Shown: positions 19,550 through 29,311 of the stretch, in pieces
Position numbering within the stretch: the stretch's first letter is position 1
How the letters are laid out: every line of letters begins with the position of its first letter
From: Paramicrosporidium saccamoebae KSL3
Taxonomy: Eukaryota > Fungi > Cryptomycota
Reading direction: 5' to 3'
Length of the DNA: 32,000 nucleotides
NCBI GenBank assembly: GCA_002794465.1
Contig: MTSL01000200.1
Span: 11,063-43,062, forward strand
The notes under the pieces: generated by a model
The model's database searches: none
Told to the model about the DNA's origin: nothing
The model's input: only the letters and a program-made list of their open reading frames with translations
Program-made: the position numbers and the translations under genes

Positions 19550-20481
19550 TCATCGAATTCGTTTACTGAATTTGGCAAATGCATATGCTAACGAGTTGAC
19601 TGGGCCGGCCGTCATCACACCCTTTAGGGCCTGCAGAGTCGCTGGCCGTCGTACAATCGATGCTATCGATCGGTCCATAATAGTTGGGAGATGGGGGTGC
19701 TGGGAGAGTTGGACAAAGTCTCCATGGGAATACATTTGTCGCTGTAGATTTATGGGTAACTTGCAAATTTGATTCAGTCTGCTGATCGGGTCCTCATCCT
19801 ATGCATTAGTCCCACCATGCGTCTACTTGATTATAATAGTCGCCACTCTGAACTGTTTCAGCATCTAATGTCAGGAGCTTGGAGTATATTTCTGCGAGCT
19901 CGTCATATTGTCCGTCGAGGATCCGGCCGACCTTGTGTGGGTCCTCTGCCCAGCCCATCCTCGGATCACCGCAATATGAAATTCTCACCACACACTGTAA
20001 AAAGTCTCGGAGGCTGAACCGTCCGCCTAGTGACAATAAGGAAGCTCGCATTGCATGCATCCTATTTTCCGCAAGCAGATCGGTTGTGCCGTGGAAAATC
20101 CGGACCGACTTGTGCAGACGCCCCGCTACATAGAGTGTCGTCCAGTGTCGCATGTCGGCCTGAAATGAGGCAGTGGCAATGACGCCGTATTTGATGCGTT
20201 GACCACCGACCACGACAGACGGCACATAGTACAGACCAGCCGCACTATACTGCAAAAAGCCGTCTAGAGAGGAAGGATGGTGATAATGGGTGGGATGGCG
20301 CTGTCGATTTTCATAATGCCAGGCCAATGGGTCTGCCACGACAAAGATAAAGTCCAGCATCGAGTTCTATCAATCAGAATTGCTGCAAAAATACAGATGC
20401 ATCGTAGCCAGCTTGCGGCACGGCGACGGAGCCATAGGCACATGCAAACTCTATGGGAGGAAATTCTCCAAGAAGGCTCAT
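19550..20481 (-). CDS. TAM41: Mitochondrial phosphatidate cytidylyltransferase Tam41, 291 aa. Exons 20481-20395, 20366-19827, 19798-19550; two 28-nt introns
   Basis: FACAYGS..PQ, MLDFIFVV.DP..WH.EN...HP.HY, IKYGVI, HWTTLYVAGRLHK, ISYCGDPRM..AEDPHKV..I, LPINLQ and ALKGVMTAG. Confidence 0.94.
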
Positions 20482-20545
20482 TAAAGAAAACACTTAATAT
20501 TTGTGAGATGGTATATTGACAGATCAAACCTTTAATCCAAAGGGT

Positions 20546-20598
20546 CTGTTAAACAGCATCCACTTATTACTGGTGAGTCCGACCCAGATAGCGGTCCC
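20546..20598 (-). repeat. Dispersed intergenic element, copy B (53 nt)
   Basis: Reverse complement gggaccgctatctgggtcggactcaccagtaataagtggatgctgtttaacag matches 3594-3646 at 43/53. Confidence 0.85.
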
Positions 20599-20774
20599 AT
20601 GGTCCAGTTTGATTGCATTAAGAATGGCCACCTACAAAGAAGCCATTTACTTTAATAAAAGTCAAGTTCACCCATCAACAGGGTTCTTATTGGCACCTCA
20701 CAGGATGGTGTGTTGATAAACCAAGGCTCCCTTCATAAAGGGTCTCTACATAAATATTACAATAGTAGTAACTT

Positions 20775-21494
20775 TTAATGATCAGAATCGGAGGGTACCT
20801 GTCCTGATTTTTTCAGCCCGGCAAGATGCAATTCGGTGATAGAACCGCTCCGCCTTCCTCCCTTCAGCACGGGGGATAGCGGCTCCAGGATGGGACTGTC
20901 TTCAATGCTTTGCCGTCGCACCTTGTTCTGCAATCTCATATTCTCTACCAGTAACTGTTGGTTCTCCTCCTGCAGCTTGACAATCTGCCGTTTCAATGCC
21001 GCCTCCCGTTCAATGTGTTGGGTAACTGCCAAGTTGATCTGTTCCGGCAATTCTAGTCGTGGCGATGGTGTTAGATTGCCTTCGAGGGAAACGGGTGACC
21101 TTTCCTGACTGGCGCTGATGCGCAATTCTTCAATGTGTCGCTGTAATCTATTGACAATGCGCTCCTGCTCGCATTCTAGCGCATTCTCCAGCTCTACCTT
21201 TTGTGTCCGCAAAGTCTGCAGTCGCTCTTCCAGCACGGCAACTAGTTTTGCTTCGTGGGCCTCCACTTCGTTGCACATGTCCAGTTGAATTCCCTTTAGA
21301 CGCGACACTTCTCGGATGAGACGGTTGGAGATGCCCTCTTGGGACTGTTCGAATGTGTTCAGCAGCGCCGATGTGCTGGTGCGCAGCGTCTCCACAGTGT
21401 CCTCAAGGTGGTGGCGATGCGATTGTTCTTGGGCCAATTTGGCCTCCAGCTCGGTAATACGAGAGCGGAGGCTGAGCTCATCACTAGTAACCAT
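20775..21494 (-). CDS. CCDC6: CCDC6-like (DUF2046) coiled-coil protein, 239 aa
   Basis: EGISNRLIREVSRL...QKVELENALECEQERIVNRLQRHIEEL resembles the CCDC6/H4 pattern EFISN.L...ELEQHLEQEQE..VNKL (recalled, not searched). Confidence 0.7.
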   Translation of the reverse strand: MVTSDELSLRSRITELEAKLAQEQSHRHHLEDTVETLRTSTSALLNTFEQSQEGISNRLIREVSRLKGIQLDMCNEVEAHEAKLVAVLEERLQTLRTQKVELENALECEQERIVNRLQRHIEELRISASQERSPVSLEGNLTPSPRLELPEQINLAVTQHIEREAALKRQIVKLQEENQQLLVENMRLQNKVRRQSIEDSPILEPLSPVLKGGRRSGSITELHLAGLKKSGQVPSDSDH

Positions 21495-21542
21495 TGCTTA
21501 CTTAAACTCCGAGTAATCATTTTTAGGTTAACTGGGTGAGTC

Positions 21543-23738
21543 ATGCGATTTTCAAAATGCGCCTGGTTCAGCACTGTCAAACGGTGCATCTCCCCTCAAT
21601 ATATTCTGGAAATGGAGGGAAAGTGGAAAGGGCGCTGGTCCATGCGTCCCGAGGAATACCATGTGAACGCTACCGCTGCAAAGAAATACATTTTGGCAAT
21701 GTTCCCCTATCCATCAGGAAACTTGCATATCGGCCATGTCCGCGTCTATGCCATCAGTGACGCACTCTCCCGCTATCAGCGGCTTCTCGGCGCCCCTGTT
21801 CTCCACCCCATCGGCTGGGATGCCTTTGGCCTGCCCGCCGAAAATGCTGCGATCGAAAGAGCCATCCCGCCGGCGGAATGGACCCGAGCCAATATTAAAC
21901 AGATGCGCTCCCAGCTAGACTCGCTGTCGTTACGTTTTGACTGGGATCATGCGGTAACGACCTGTGAGCCGGAATACTACAGATGGACCCAATGGCTATT
22001 TTTGCGACTAATGAAGAAAGGGCTTGTGGAGCGACGCGAAGCAGAGGTCAATTGGGATCCGGTAGATGAGACAGTGTTGGCAAACGAGCAGGTGGACTCT
22101 AACGGATGCTCCTGGAGGTCTGGTGCAAAGGTGGAGAAGCGAATGCTAAGGCAGTGGTTTTTAAAGATTACAAAGTATCAGGATGATCTTTTAAAGGGTT
22201 TGGAAGGATTGGAATGGCCGCGGGCGGTAAAGGACATGCAGAGGCATTGGATTGTTGCGTCTGGTGAGTATCGTTTCACAATCGAGGGAGGAAGTTTAGT
22301 GGTTGCGCTGAAAAGATCTGATGATTGGCGTCTAGCTGAATCGATCCTAATCGATCCAAAGCACCCGAACAGAGCAATTGGCTCCATAATCAATCCTGCT
22401 ACCTCACAGCCAATCCCAGTGGTAGTATCTACGGAGAGTTTAAAAGATCCGATGGTTGCACAAGTGGTGTTGGGTAAGAAGCAGGCCAAGTTGAATCCTC
22501 TGCCTGCCCAGCCTCCACCCGAGTTTGTGATTACAGAATACAGATTGAGGGATTGGCTAATTTCTCGCCAAAGATATTGGGGTACACCCATTCCCATCAT
22601 TCACTGTGCCACCTGTGGAGTAACGATGCATTTGGTATGCTAATTTCTAGACGGTTCCGGTTCCCGAAGAACAATTGCCAGTGATTTTGCCCCAGGATGT
22701 TCCGATGCTTGGTAAGGGGTCTCCTCTTGCCCAGCACCCTTCCTGGAGCGCACCCTGTCCTTCGTAAGATGTACTGTTCGAAGCTAGACTTTTTTGTAGT
22801 TGTGGCAAGGATGCAAGGAGAGAAACTGATACAATGGATACATTTATGGACTCTAGTTGGTATTTTGCCCGACACGTTGATCCCCAAAACGACAAGATGC
22901 CCGCCGATCCATCAAAATTACGACAGTGGCTACCTGTGGATGCCTACATTGGCGGCATTGAGCATGCAATTCTACATTTGCTATATGCGCGGTTTATGAC
23001 CAGGTTTATGGCCGAGGAGCTTGGATTTGAGCAAGCGGAACCGTTTGCCGGCCTGATTACACAGGGTCTGGTAGAGGGCAAAACATATCAATGTCCTGCC
23101 ACTGGTCGCTATCTCAAGCCTGAAGAATTGCGGCAAGAGGGAAAAAAAGTCATAATTACAGAAACAGGTGCTTTGCCGCTGGAAACGTGGGACAAGATGA
23201 GCAAATCAAAGTACAATGGGGTTGATCCAGTTGGACTAGTTTCACAATACGGTGCAGACGTACTCCGTCTGTGTGTAATGTTCAAGGCACCTCCTGAAGT
23301 GGCACTGCAGTGGAACACGAGGGACATTGCGGGTCCCCAGAGATGGATCTTGAGACTGCTGACTCTGGCGGGGAAGATAATGGACCGTTCTGATAATGCA
23401 GCGATCGGCTGCCCTCGTTCCGAGGCATCGCTTGTTGCCTCAGTCAACAAAGCCATCTGCAATGTACACTCCAACTGCGACTTAATTGTTAGATGGAATA
23501 TGCATATGATCCAGCCCGACACCGGCTCAATCTGGCGGTATCCAATTTGATGACCTTGTCAAACGACATTGAAAAGTCGCTTGATGCCTCACCAACCACT
23601 TTAAGAACGGCAATGAAAGCTTTAGCCGTAATGCTCCATCCCCTTGCACCCCACACGAGTGCAGAGCTGCGCGAAACACTGCAATGCACTAGCCTCCTAA
23701 AATGGCCCACCCCGATTAAAGAAATAATAATAGAATAA
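21543..23738 (+). CDS. NAM2: Mitochondrial (bacterial-type) leucyl-tRNA synthetase, 699 aa. Exons 21543-22619, 22651-22763, 22800-23463, 23493-23738; introns of 31, 36 and 29 nt
   Basis: MFPYPSGNLHIGH, GWDAFGLPAENAAI, WDPVDETVLANEQVD, YRLRDWLISRQRYWG, ETDTMDTFMDSSWYF, YIGGIEHAILHLLYARF and KMSKSKYNGVDP, with an R-rich presequence. Confidence 0.96.
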
Positions 23739-23763
23739 CTTTTTGGATTAGCTCGACAATGTG

Positions 23764-24468
23764 ATGAGACGAATACTTGCTGGACTAAGTGATTTCTTGG
23801 CATGGCATCGGCTTGTCCCATTGTTTATCAAGGATCGCGACCTTCTTGTACTATTCCTGCGATTTCTGTTCCTGAACGGAGTGCTGTACCTCGGAACTGT
23901 CTCCTTGCTGCTTTCGCTTCTCACCCGACATCCAACAAACTTTTTCCGACTTGTCGTCCTGCTACTATGGTTTCTGCCAATTTATCCCCTCTGTTTTATG
24001 CTCAATGAGCGGCTGTACACGTTGCTTGCTGCACATCTGCACCCGTCCGACCATCATGCGCGTCCCGCAGAACAGCTGTACCGCGCCATCTTCCTTGGTA
24101 TCCATCTGGCGCTCATATACGGCCTGCCAGCCATCTCGTCGAAATTGTATGTACTGACAGTGCCTATGGGAGCGTGGGTATATGCGCTGTATGCCTGCGA
24201 GTATTATTGGCATGCCACCTTTTCCGTGCGGGTGGCTCGAATTGAAGACAATGCCTTGTATTTTTTGGGATTCGGACTGATGCCCGCACTGGCAATGGCG
24301 TTGTTTAGACCCTTGGTGGGACTAGGAGTTTCATCGTTGGCATTTGGGATGGCAGTGCTGATGGCGTTCTTTGTACCGATCCGTCCGTCAAACGGCCTCC
24401 GCGTTCCCATCTTCAAGGCTACGGGTCTTATAGCTGACACGGCCATCCGTCTGTTCTTCCGCAAGTAA
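23764..24468 (+). CDS. EI24: EI24 (etoposide-induced 2.4) family membrane protein, 234 aa
   Basis: FLFLNGVLYLG, LWFLPIY, YALYACEYYW and RIEDNALYFLGFG; multi-pass TM profile. Confidence 0.8.
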   Translation: MRRILAGLSDFLAWHRLVPLFIKDRDLLVLFLRFLFLNGVLYLGTVSLLLSLLTRHPTNFFRLVVLLLWFLPIYPLCFMLNERLYTLLAAHLHPSDHHARPAEQLYRAIFLGIHLALIYGLPAISSKLYVLTVPMGAWVYALYACEYYWHATFSVRVARIEDNALYFLGFGLMPALAMALFRPLVGLGVSSLAFGMAVLMAFFVPIRPSNGLRVPIFKATGLIADTAIRLFFRK

Positions 24469-24506
24469 AACTGTGTATTAAAGTTTGAGTAAAAGTGCGA
24501 GGTTGA

Positions 24507-24530
24507 GGTCTGTTAAATAGTGTCCACTTA
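24507..24530 (-). repeat. Dispersed intergenic element, partial copy C (24 nt)
   Basis: ggtctgttaaatagtgtccactta vs 20543-20566 ggtctgttaaacagcatccactta, 21/24. Confidence 0.65.
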
Positions 24531-24631
24531 GGATTAGCCGTCCTGAGATCCTTGATCTCCCAATATACTGTTTCACACAAAGTTACCCTATGAACCATAA
24601 TATAGAGAATAGATAGCATTGCACACTTTAT

Positions 24632-25687
24632 TTACGTTCTAGCACAGCGACTCTGAGGACCAATATTGGCATCAGTGAGGAATGACCACAGGACATTTCG
24701 CCACGACATGTGTGCCTTTAGCGGTTGGTAAAATTCTGGCGCCAGCTTGGTGATCATGGGGAGGAGACGGGCAGGCACGGCGGGAAAGTCGTGGTGTTCG
24801 TTATGGAAGCCAATATTTAAATAAAGTGCATTGGCCCAGCCATAGTAATTGTATGTCTCCTGACCACTGGCAAAGGTGTAATGTTCCTGGAGGAAGTGGG
24901 CAGCAACGGGATGGAACGTGTAACCGTAGAGGAAACAGATTAGCGTATAAGTCCAACCACGCACTCCAAAAAAGTACAGCGTCACAATATTGCAAAAGAT
25001 GGTAAAGACAGTGTTGACAGACTCCCAATAGGTCACTGTCTTGCCACGGACGATGGCACGGACGGCATACATGGCGGGATAAAGGGTAAGCCAGATGAGT
25101 TTGTGCCAAAAGGTTCCTCGGATCAGCTTCAGCTCCCAATCCAACGGCATGTCGGGATCCTTGGCAGCGGAGCCTTGGTAGACGTGGTGGTCGCTGTGGT
25201 ATCGGCGGAAGGACATGGCAATGGGTACGGGAGTTCCGACATTGCTCAGCAGCGCCAACAGTTTGTTTGGCAGCGATTCCTTGGTGACCAAACTGTGGAC
25301 ACATTCGTGTACACACACGGCCATCAGGTCCACAATACTTGCCCCAATGACACATGCCACTGCTGTCATGGCCAGAAACCAGGAAACGCCCTCTGTCCGT
25401 CCGAAAAAGTAGGCCAGCAGCGTGTTGCATCCAACACCAAACACAATAATCCACGCCACCATTGGGTCATGTGAATATAATCGTCGGATTAGTGGATGTC
25501 GCTCCAGGATGGTTTTGCGTCGTCGTGTATGCGGTTGCGTTTGCCAATCTCGTGCGAAATCAGTGTCGCGCCATGCCAGCGACCGCTCCCATCCTCCCAA
25601 GTGAAGCGGCATAGCTTCATCCTTAGGGATCGTCGGTTTGGTGACCTCGGATACTTTGGTCTTTTCCACACTACACGGAGTAGGCAT
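24632..25687 (-). CDS. DES1: Sphingolipid delta-4 desaturase (dihydroceramide desaturase), 351 aa
   Basis: DF..DWQTQPHTRRRKTILERHP; His boxes HECVH, YHSDHH and HNEHHDFP; HPVAAHFLQEH and ETYNYYG. Confidence 0.96.
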   Translation of the reverse strand: MPTPCSVEKTKVSEVTKPTIPKDEAMPLHLGGWERSLAWRDTDFARDWQTQPHTRRRKTILERHPLIRRLYSHDPMVAWIIVFGVGCNTLLAYFFGRTEGVSWFLAMTAVACVIGASIVDLMAVCVHECVHSLVTKESLPNKLLALLSNVGTPVPIAMSFRRYHSDHHVYQGSAAKDPDMPLDWELKLIRGTFWHKLIWLTLYPAMYAVRAIVRGKTVTYWESVNTVFTIFCNIVTLYFFGVRGWTYTLICFLYGYTFHPVAAHFLQEHYTFASGQETYNYYGWANALYLNIGFHNEHHDFPAVPARLLPMITKLAPEFYQPLKAHMSWRNVLWSFLTDANIGPQSRCART

Positions 25688-25788
25688 TTGTTGAAACTTC
25701 AGACTACACTATGTTTATATTTAGATCATGACAATTTTCGACCAATCAGGAAATATCTGTGGAAACGGATAAACTTGAATTCTGTTTA

Positions 25789-26559
25789 ATGAAGCGAGCC
25801 CACGGAGAAGATGGAGCCAATGAGGATGGTGTGGGCGAGGCGAGTGTGAACGAGAGGTTTGTAAAGAGAGCGGGTGGGAGCGAGGAGTACGATTCAGAAC
25901 TCGACGATTTGGACCTCAATACGGTGAGGGCTAATGAGCGCAAGAATAAGGTAAAGGACGAATTCTCAGAAGCCAGTGATGATGAGTTGCGCAGCGACGT
26001 GTTCAAGAAAGAATCCAAGCCTTTGAATGATGATTTAAAGAGTTGGACGAAATTAGAAGTCAATGACGCTTCTCTAGCAGGCGAGGTGGTAATTGAACCA
26101 TTTCACATGGATGAGGAGATGGAAGAGGGCAAGTTTGACGAAGAGTCTGGCGCATATATTAGACGGAAAGATGAAGGCTCACATGAAGATTCATGGTTGA
26201 GGGGCATTACTGACGATGAAATACAAAAGGCGCGTATTGCTCACGAAGCCAGAGAAAGGATAGCCTCACCAATGCAGAGGGACCATGCCGAATTGATAAA
26301 GGGCATTATTGGATTTCTTGAAGTGGCCGAGACACCAACAGAGGCGTTGCAGCGACGAGCAACCAAGCCCAGACGATTTGACGCAAAAAGCAAACGAGTG
26401 ATGACCCAGCAGACTGTTGAAGAAAAATCCATCGAAGAGCATAAAAGAAAGGAAGTAGAGTTGATTACTGAATTGGCTGCTGCACTGATGGATTCTGGCG
26501 TGTTAAATATATATGAGCTGAGTAGAGAAGAAATCCAAAGATTAGCAAATAATAAATGA
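25789..26559 (+). CDS. LIN1: U5 snRNP 52K / Lin1 / CD2BP2-like protein, 256 aa, with no GYF domain visible
   Basis: IEPFHMDEEMEEGKFDEESGAY...EDSWLRGI, AETPTEALQR and ITELAAALMDSGVLNIYELSREEI. Confidence 0.82.
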   Translation: MKRAHGEDGANEDGVGEASVNERFVKRAGGSEEYDSELDDLDLNTVRANERKNKVKDEFSEASDDELRSDVFKKESKPLNDDLKSWTKLEVNDASLAGEVVIEPFHMDEEMEEGKFDEESGAYIRRKDEGSHEDSWLRGITDDEIQKARIAHEARERIASPMQRDHAELIKGIIGFLEVAETPTEALQRRATKPRRFDAKSKRVMTQQTVEEKSIEEHKRKEVELITELAAALMDSGVLNIYELSREEIQRLANNK

Positions 26560-26632
26560 CCCATACGCAAGGTCTGTAGATACTAAGGACGAAGGTTCCT
26601 GGTTTGTAAAACTGCTAGGATAGATAATTCCC

Positions 26633-26752
26633 TTCATCCCTCCCACACTGACCATATGACCCCCTTCATATCTCTACACTAACCATATAATCTCTTTCAT
26701 CCCTCCTAAACTAGCCATATAATCTCTTTCATCTTTCCCACGCTAACCAACA
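26633..26752. repeat. 31-32-nt minisatellite, about 3.8 copies (consensus ttcatccctccyacactaaccatataatctct)
   Basis: ttcat anchors at 26633, 26665, 26696 and 26728. Confidence 0.85.
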
Positions 26753-26800
26753 CTTTGGTGGATCAAGTTCATTCTTTACATTAATTTCCTAGACTACAGC

Positions 26801-27556
26801 TCACGCGCGCTTTGGCTTCTGCTTCTTCTTCATTGGGGCCGTGGGAGTCTTCCAGTAGTACACCATCTGCCACATTATTGTCGAGTTCAGTAGTGCTGCC
26901 ATCACGAATCCAAGGACGAGCAAACGGTCCTCGCCCGTCTCTTGCATTGAAGTGTACACTCGCGCCAAGGATCCAATCCATACCAATCCCACCGACAACG
27001 CCGACAATTGTCCAGTGCCACCTTGACGCCAAACGGTCCAGATTTGCGGGAGACGACTGACCATGGTGAGGGGAATGGTGGCCGCTTGCAGACTCTTTAG
27101 GGTGGCGTCTGTCGCGTAGGTGGGGATCAATAGCGAAGACATCAAGACAGAATAGGTGCAGAATAGCAATAAGAGACGCATTGATTGCTTTCGGTACAGA
27201 CCCAGCAGCAGCAAAAGCAAGACATTTTGGATGGTCATGAAAAACGTTTCTCCATACGTCGTGAACGAATTGCCCGCTCTAAAGTTGTACGCAAAGGTAA
27301 TGGATGCTGCCAATGTTTCCAAAACCACGGAAAGAAAGCTCAATCCTTCAGTGGAGCGAGAGGCGAGGATCTTGAGGATTTGCGGGACCTTGACGACCAT
27401 GGCGCCACCGATGATGCCCACTCCAAGTCCCTTGGACACTGCCAGTTTAAGACACTTGAAGTTCTTAAAGTCCATGTTGGTGAGCAATGCGCGGCTGCAT
27501 TCTTTGCCTAAAAGCTTCTCCCCAAAAGACTGTACAAATTGCGCAACTGCCGTCAT
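26801..27556 (-). CDS. MPDU1: Mannose-P-dolichol utilisation defect 1 (PQ-loop) protein, 251 aa from the likely ATG at 27556 (273 aa from the upstream ATG at 27622)
   Basis: CLKLAVSKGLGVGIIGGAMVVKVPQILKI, EGLSFLSVVLE, F.TYGETFF.TIQN, SRLPQIW and GTGQLSA; C-terminal basic tail. Confidence 0.92.
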   Translation of the reverse strand: MTAVAQFVQSFGEKLLGKECSRALLTNMDFKNFKCLKLAVSKGLGVGIIGGAMVVKVPQILKILASRSTEGLSFLSVVLETLAASITFAYNFRAGNSFTTYGETFFMTIQNVLLLLLLGLYRKQSMRLLLLFCTYSVLMSSLLIPTYATDATLKSLQAATIPLTMVSRLPQIWTVWRQGGTGQLSALSVGLVWIGSLARVYTSMQETGEDRLLVLGFVMAALLNSTIMWQMVYYWKTPTAPMKKKQKPKRA

Positions 27557-27625
27557 GACCAAACAAAAAACAATTTTCTTGTTTAACCGCCCATTTTGGA
27601 CGCTGATTATGAGTGATGCCATCGC

Positions 27626-29102
27626 TTAAATTTCTGGTTGGAGGAGCGAGGAGTGGATGGCACAGAGGGCACGCAAAGAATTTTCAGAGGAAATGACACA
27701 GGAAATGTTAATTTCAGAGGCGCCTTGCGAGATCATTTCAATGTTGACACCGGTGGCTGCGAGGGTGGTAAACATTTGTGCCGAGATGCCAATCCTGCGA
27801 CGCATTGCCTGGCCGATGAGACTGAGAATGGATAGGCCGTCGGACCTAGAGACGATCCCAATCTTTTGCAAGTCTCTTATGAGTGCATCACTTAGATGAT
27901 CAGCGGGGATGGCCATGGAAAGATTGACTCTGCTAGTAGAAATCAAATCCACAATAACGCCATGTTGATTTAAAAGAGTAAATATTTCGGCAAAGAATAG
28001 TTGTGGTGCCGTAACTAGTCGCGAGGTAATGTTCAGGATGGAGATTCCCTCTTTGAGAGTTACTGCGACAGCAGATTCGTCTGTACAACATTTGCTATGA
28101 CTCGCTTCATTGTGGATCATGGTGCCTTGTGAGGTTGGATCGCGTACATTTCTTATTTGGATTGAAACTCCCGATTGCGTGACCTGTCGCATTGTAAATG
28201 GGTTTATCACTTCAGCCCCATAGTATGTAAGCTCAGCTGCCTCTTCTGGTGAAATTTCATGCAACAATTTAGCATCCTCCACTTTGGTGGGATCCGCACT
28301 ATATATGCCGGCAACTTCTTTCCAAATCGTCAATTTCTTAGCTTGTAGACCTTTGGCGAGGAGGGCACTAGTAAGGTCAGTGTAACCGCGGCCAATGCAT
28401 TTGAGCAGCGAGCCGGGCACTGGGCCGATGAATCCACTTACCACGGCAGTGAGGTTGTTTGGTAAATCTGTAATGCTCTTGGCCAAAACACGGGACACAA
28501 TGTCATACAATTCCTGTCCCAAGTACAATGGTGCCTTGCTAACATGCTCCATTAACAGATCCTTTCCATCAACAGCAATGGATTCGATTCCCTACATACC
28601 TTAGTTCACTACTAAATCGTAACTTGATCCTCCAAATAGGTTGCGAGGAACATGGCCGAAAGACTCTCACCAACGCTGACAATGACATCCCGTGTTCTTG
28701 GAGAGACTTCATGTAATACCATAGCCGCATTGATGAATTCCTTAAGCCTCTTTACCACTCTTTGCAGCGTCGCATGAAACTCTGCTGCCGCATCACTACT
28801 CAATGAGTTTGTTGCCATGTTAGCATGATATTCGTATAACTCCTTCATCTCGGCTTGAATCTCGTCGGGACGACTCTCCTCGATACACGCCACCATGCGC
28901 AGCAATCTGGCCGTGGTACCGACAGTCTTGTTGCCATCACTCATTGCCGACACGACTACAACCGGTGCACTTTCATCCATTTTTCCATCCCTAGACCATC
29001 ACTTCACATTCATGGAGAAAACCGGACAATCTTGGCAATGTTTTGCAAGTTGCAAAAATTTCCAACACTGGTGCCACCAAATTTGTGTACCTGGTAGCGC
29101 AT
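27626..29102 (-). CDS. HOM3: Aspartokinase, 470 aa. Exons 29102-29023, 28990-28624, 28591-27626; two 32-nt introns
   Basis: VHKFGGTSVG, VVVVSAMS...GTT.RLL, SVGESLS, IGRGYTDLT, IWKEVAGIYSADP, EEAAELTYYGAEVI.PFTM, and C-terminal ACT domains (NIEMISQGASEINISCVI). Confidence 0.96.
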
Positions 29103-29183
29103 GATTTATTTGAACAGTAAAAAATCTTTAAATCAAACAATTTGTACAGTCAATCTGAAGAGTTGGGGGAGGAGGGGTCTACT

Positions 29184-29311
29184 TGAAGAGTAGGAAATCC
29201 ACATGAAGAGTCGGTAGTCCACATAAAGAGTAGGAAATCCCCACGAGTAGGGAATCCACACGAGGAGGGAATCCACATGAGTAGGGAATCTATCTGGAGA
29301 GTAGGAAATCC
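29184..29311. repeat. 17-20-nt minisatellite, 7 copies, core GAGTAGGRAATCC, overlapping the ASH2 stop codon
   Basis: Units at 29184, 29204, 29224, 29244, 29261, 29278 and 29295. Confidence 0.88.

Noticed and set aside
20395-20481. TAM41 reads YGSV instead of the usual YGSG
   Set aside because: The hGS nucleotidyltransferase motif and downstream Asp (LDFIF) are intact; no grounds to call it inactive.
20555-20625. Possible U1 snRNA (acttattactgg and attgcatt resemble U1 motifs)
   Set aside because: No intact ACTTACCTG 5'-splice-site pairing sequence, no U1-70K loop in the right order, and no Sm site.
20539-20745. AAAGGGTCT pair as a 9-bp Mutator-type target-site duplication
   Set aside because: No terminal inverted repeats inside the pair, and GGTCT is also present in copy C, so it looks like part of the element rather than target DNA.
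5062-29311. Tandem arrays (5062, 26633, 29184) as possible CRISPR-like repeat-spacer arrays
   Set aside because: Units are contiguous and degenerate with no unique spacers, no cas genes are present, and the context is eukaryotic.
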